DNA of 64,000 nt from assembly GCA_035707105.1 (NCBI GenBank), contig DASSUI010000029.1, forward strand, positions 32,985 through 96,984, read 5' to 3'. Numbering within the stretch: the first letter of the stretch is position 1; each line of letters starts with the position of its first letter. The DNA comes from Gaiellaceae bacterium. Lineage in GTDB: Bacteria; Actinomycetota; Thermoleophilia; Gaiellales; Gaiellaceae. This document shows, in pieces, positions 61,897-64,000 of this stretch. The notes under the pieces are model-generated. The model saw nothing but the letters and a program-made list of their open reading frames with translations. It ran no database searches and was not told the DNA's origin. Both the position numbers and the translations under genes were made by a program.

Positions 61897-62580
61897 CTAT
61901 TGCTCTAGCTGCGGGCGGTGACCGAGCCGCTTCTGCTGGCGCCGCGCGATGGCTATTCCGGCATGCCAGCCCGGTGCTCGTCCACCGGGCGGAAGCGCGA
62001 TCGATTCAACGTCGAGTCCGCTGCGAGCGATGAGCCAGGAGATCGTGGAGTTCGAGTTCCACATCTCGCCTGCCTTCAGCCGTCGCGGCCCCAGACCGGC
62101 GTCGGTACCTGCGGCGCCAGCTCGAGTAGCCGCCGCGCGCAATCGGGATTCGTCGCTGAGCTGCTACGGGCTCTCGACCGCCTCCTCGACGTCGGGGATC
62201 GAGCCCTCGCGCCAGCGGCGGACCTCGTATCGGAAGAGTGGGAGTCGGCCTAACGCTCGTATGCCGACCGCACCTTCGGTGACGACGCCACGCTGGTCGC
62301 GCTGTCTCCATACGGGAGCCTGCTCGATGACGAATCTCGCCTCGCGAACGTCGACCTGCAGCGCCGAGGGGTAAAGGTCGCAGCGATCTCGCCGATCGAG
62401 TACGGCTGCCAGCGTCTCGAAGATGCGCCCGTTCAGGCGCACCGAATGGCCACCCGCGCCGAGCGGCAGCCAGTACAGGTGGATGCCGGTGCGGGGAGGA
62501 AAAGCCGCCATCGGGATCAGCGCTCCACTTGCCATCGTGAGCAGCGTGCGCGACGCGTCACAGCCGCTTGGCGCGCTCAT
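61897..62580 (-). pseudogene. conserved hypothetical gene interrupted by one in-frame TAG
   Basis: ORFs 62164..62580 and 61897..62142 are in the same frame. Only TAG (62164..62166) plus 7 sense codons separate them. Read through, the product is about 227 aa (LYWLPLGAGG...EMWNSNSTISWLIARSGLD). Confidence 0.55.
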
Positions 62581-63347
62581 CGTCCGCGCGCCGCGATCGT
62601 CTCACGCACCTGCGCAGCGCGAGGCTGCGGGCCGAAGTCGGTGAGGATCCAGGTCGCCCCGGCTTGGCGCCAAGGTTCGAGATCGACACCGGGCTCGAGG
62701 TCGACGACGAGGTCGAACGGACGCTGATCGTCGCCTCGCCGCTGCGCGATCTCGCCGGCGAGCCCGGCGAGCGCGTCGGGCCCGGGCAACTCGATCGGGA
62801 ACATTCCGTCCCAGGCGGCGGCTCGGCGGATTGGCCGCGGATGCGGCCAGCGGCCCGCGACCCAGACAGGGATCCTCGGCGTCTGCACCGGCCGCGGCTC
62901 GAACTCGCCTGCCCAAAGTTCGACCAGACGCGCGAGGCCGTTGTCGAGGAGGCGGGCGCGCTCGCGTGGCTCGACGACCTCGCCGAAGCGCTCCAGCTCG
63001 CCGTGGCCACTGCTGCCCAAACCGACGCCGAGGGTCAGACGGCCTCGGCTGAGGTGGTCGAGGGTGACGGTCTCCCGCGCGAGCTTGTGCACGCGCCGGC
63101 GCGCGAGTGGGGTGACCAGCGGCCCGAGCCGCACGCGCTGCGTGTGGGCGGCGATCGCGCTCAGCGCAATCCACGGGTCGGCGACCGCCCGTACCGGCGC
63201 CCGCCGAACGATGTGATCCCAGAGGAACACCCCGTCCCAGCCAGCCTCCTCTGCGGCGACGGCGAGCTCGACGAGCGTTCGCGGATCAGAGAGCTCGTCG
63301 AACGGCGCGAGATAGAGGCCGCGCCGCAGGCGGCCGGCGGGTTTCAT
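62577..63347 (-). CDS. LLM-class flavin/F420-dependent oxidoreductase
   Basis: 256 aa. GWDGVFLWDH...LDHLSRGRLTLGVGLG. The stop overlaps the downstream gene's start as ATGA. Confidence 0.8.
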   Translation of the reverse strand: MKPAGRLRRGLYLAPFDELSDPRTLVELAVAAEEAGWDGVFLWDHIVRRAPVRAVADPWIALSAIAAHTQRVRLGPLVTPLARRRVHKLARETVTLDHLSRGRLTLGVGLGSSGHGELERFGEVVEPRERARLLDNGLARLVELWAGEFEPRPVQTPRIPVWVAGRWPHPRPIRRAAAWDGMFPIELPGPDALAGLAGEIAQRRGDDQRPFDLVVDLEPGVDLEPWRQAGATWILTDFGPQPRAAQVRETIAARGR

Positions 63348-63525
63348 GCGGTCGCTAGGTACGCGACGCCGATGCCGCTGAACTCGCCGCCGACCTGCAC
63401 CGTCTCGGTGGGGACAGGCTCGCGCATCGGCCTAGGCTAGTGGACCGAATCGTGAGCGGGCGGACTTCTGGGAAACCGTCGCCTCGGCTTCGACTAGACG
63501 GCGGGGACGTGGCACGATCTCGCCC

Positions 63526-63969
<444 letters not shown>

Positions 63970-63970
63970 C

Positions 63971-64000
63971 ATGGCCGCCATGGATATCACCATTCATCAG
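63971..64000 (+). CDS. partial CDS (5' end only), probably a VOC/glyoxalase-like protein
   Basis: ATG 63971 lies 1 nt after the araC stop. MAAMDITIHQ resembles the MDITIH N-terminus I associate with VOC proteins that follow such AraC genes. Truncated by the window edge. Confidence 0.35.
   Translation, partial: MAAMDITIHQ

Overview
Very GC-rich, Actinomycetota-like chromosomal segment: F420-type LLM oxidoreductases, MMPL, a DevS/DevR-like two-component pair, and ECF sigma factors with fused C-terminal domains. I support about 60 protein genes. I saw no rRNA, tRNA, CRISPR array, transposase or integrase. Genes are tightly packed, and many neighbours overlap as GTGA or ATGA.

The content falls into five themed blocks:
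1. 219..18221: a MacB-type ABC exporter fused into an operon with a USP, phosphoketolase and acetate kinase. It is followed by OsmC, a membrane-anchored NirK-like Cu nitrite reductase, a GAF-GAF histidine kinase with a NarL-type regulator, a HAD-GH65 protein and a second USP.
2. 22516..29407: a quinol-type NO reductase operon (hemerythrin-cupin fusion, DUF2269, qNor, a Cys/His-rich membrane protein), divergent from a Tat-exported multicopper oxidase.
3. 32922..44440: a metal block. It holds copZ-copA-csoR plus a CopB-like ATPase with CPD in place of CPH, a K+/H+ antiporter, a PAS-wHTH regulator beside a PCP-motif P-type ATPase, and TerC behind a probable yybP-ykoY Mn riboswitch.
4. Three ECF sigma factors with C-terminal extensions and no visible anti-sigma: SigG-like, ECF41/SigJ-like and YciI-linked.
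5. A CspA / IF-1 paralog / degenerate cold-shock-domain trio.

Nothing here resembles a known phage-defence or mobile system. The most novel-looking items are:
- an unannotated domain family duplicated around the DevRS core;
- the accessory genes of the qNor operon;
- a shared promoter-like motif linking the SigG-like sigma to two VOC genes;
- the PAS-wHTH / CxC mini-protein / PCP-ATPase module;
- several gene-structure anomalies: a sigma gene with no canonical start, an in-frame TAG, a probable frameshift, and duplicated gene 5' ends.

All functional calls come from motif recognition by eye. No database search was run.
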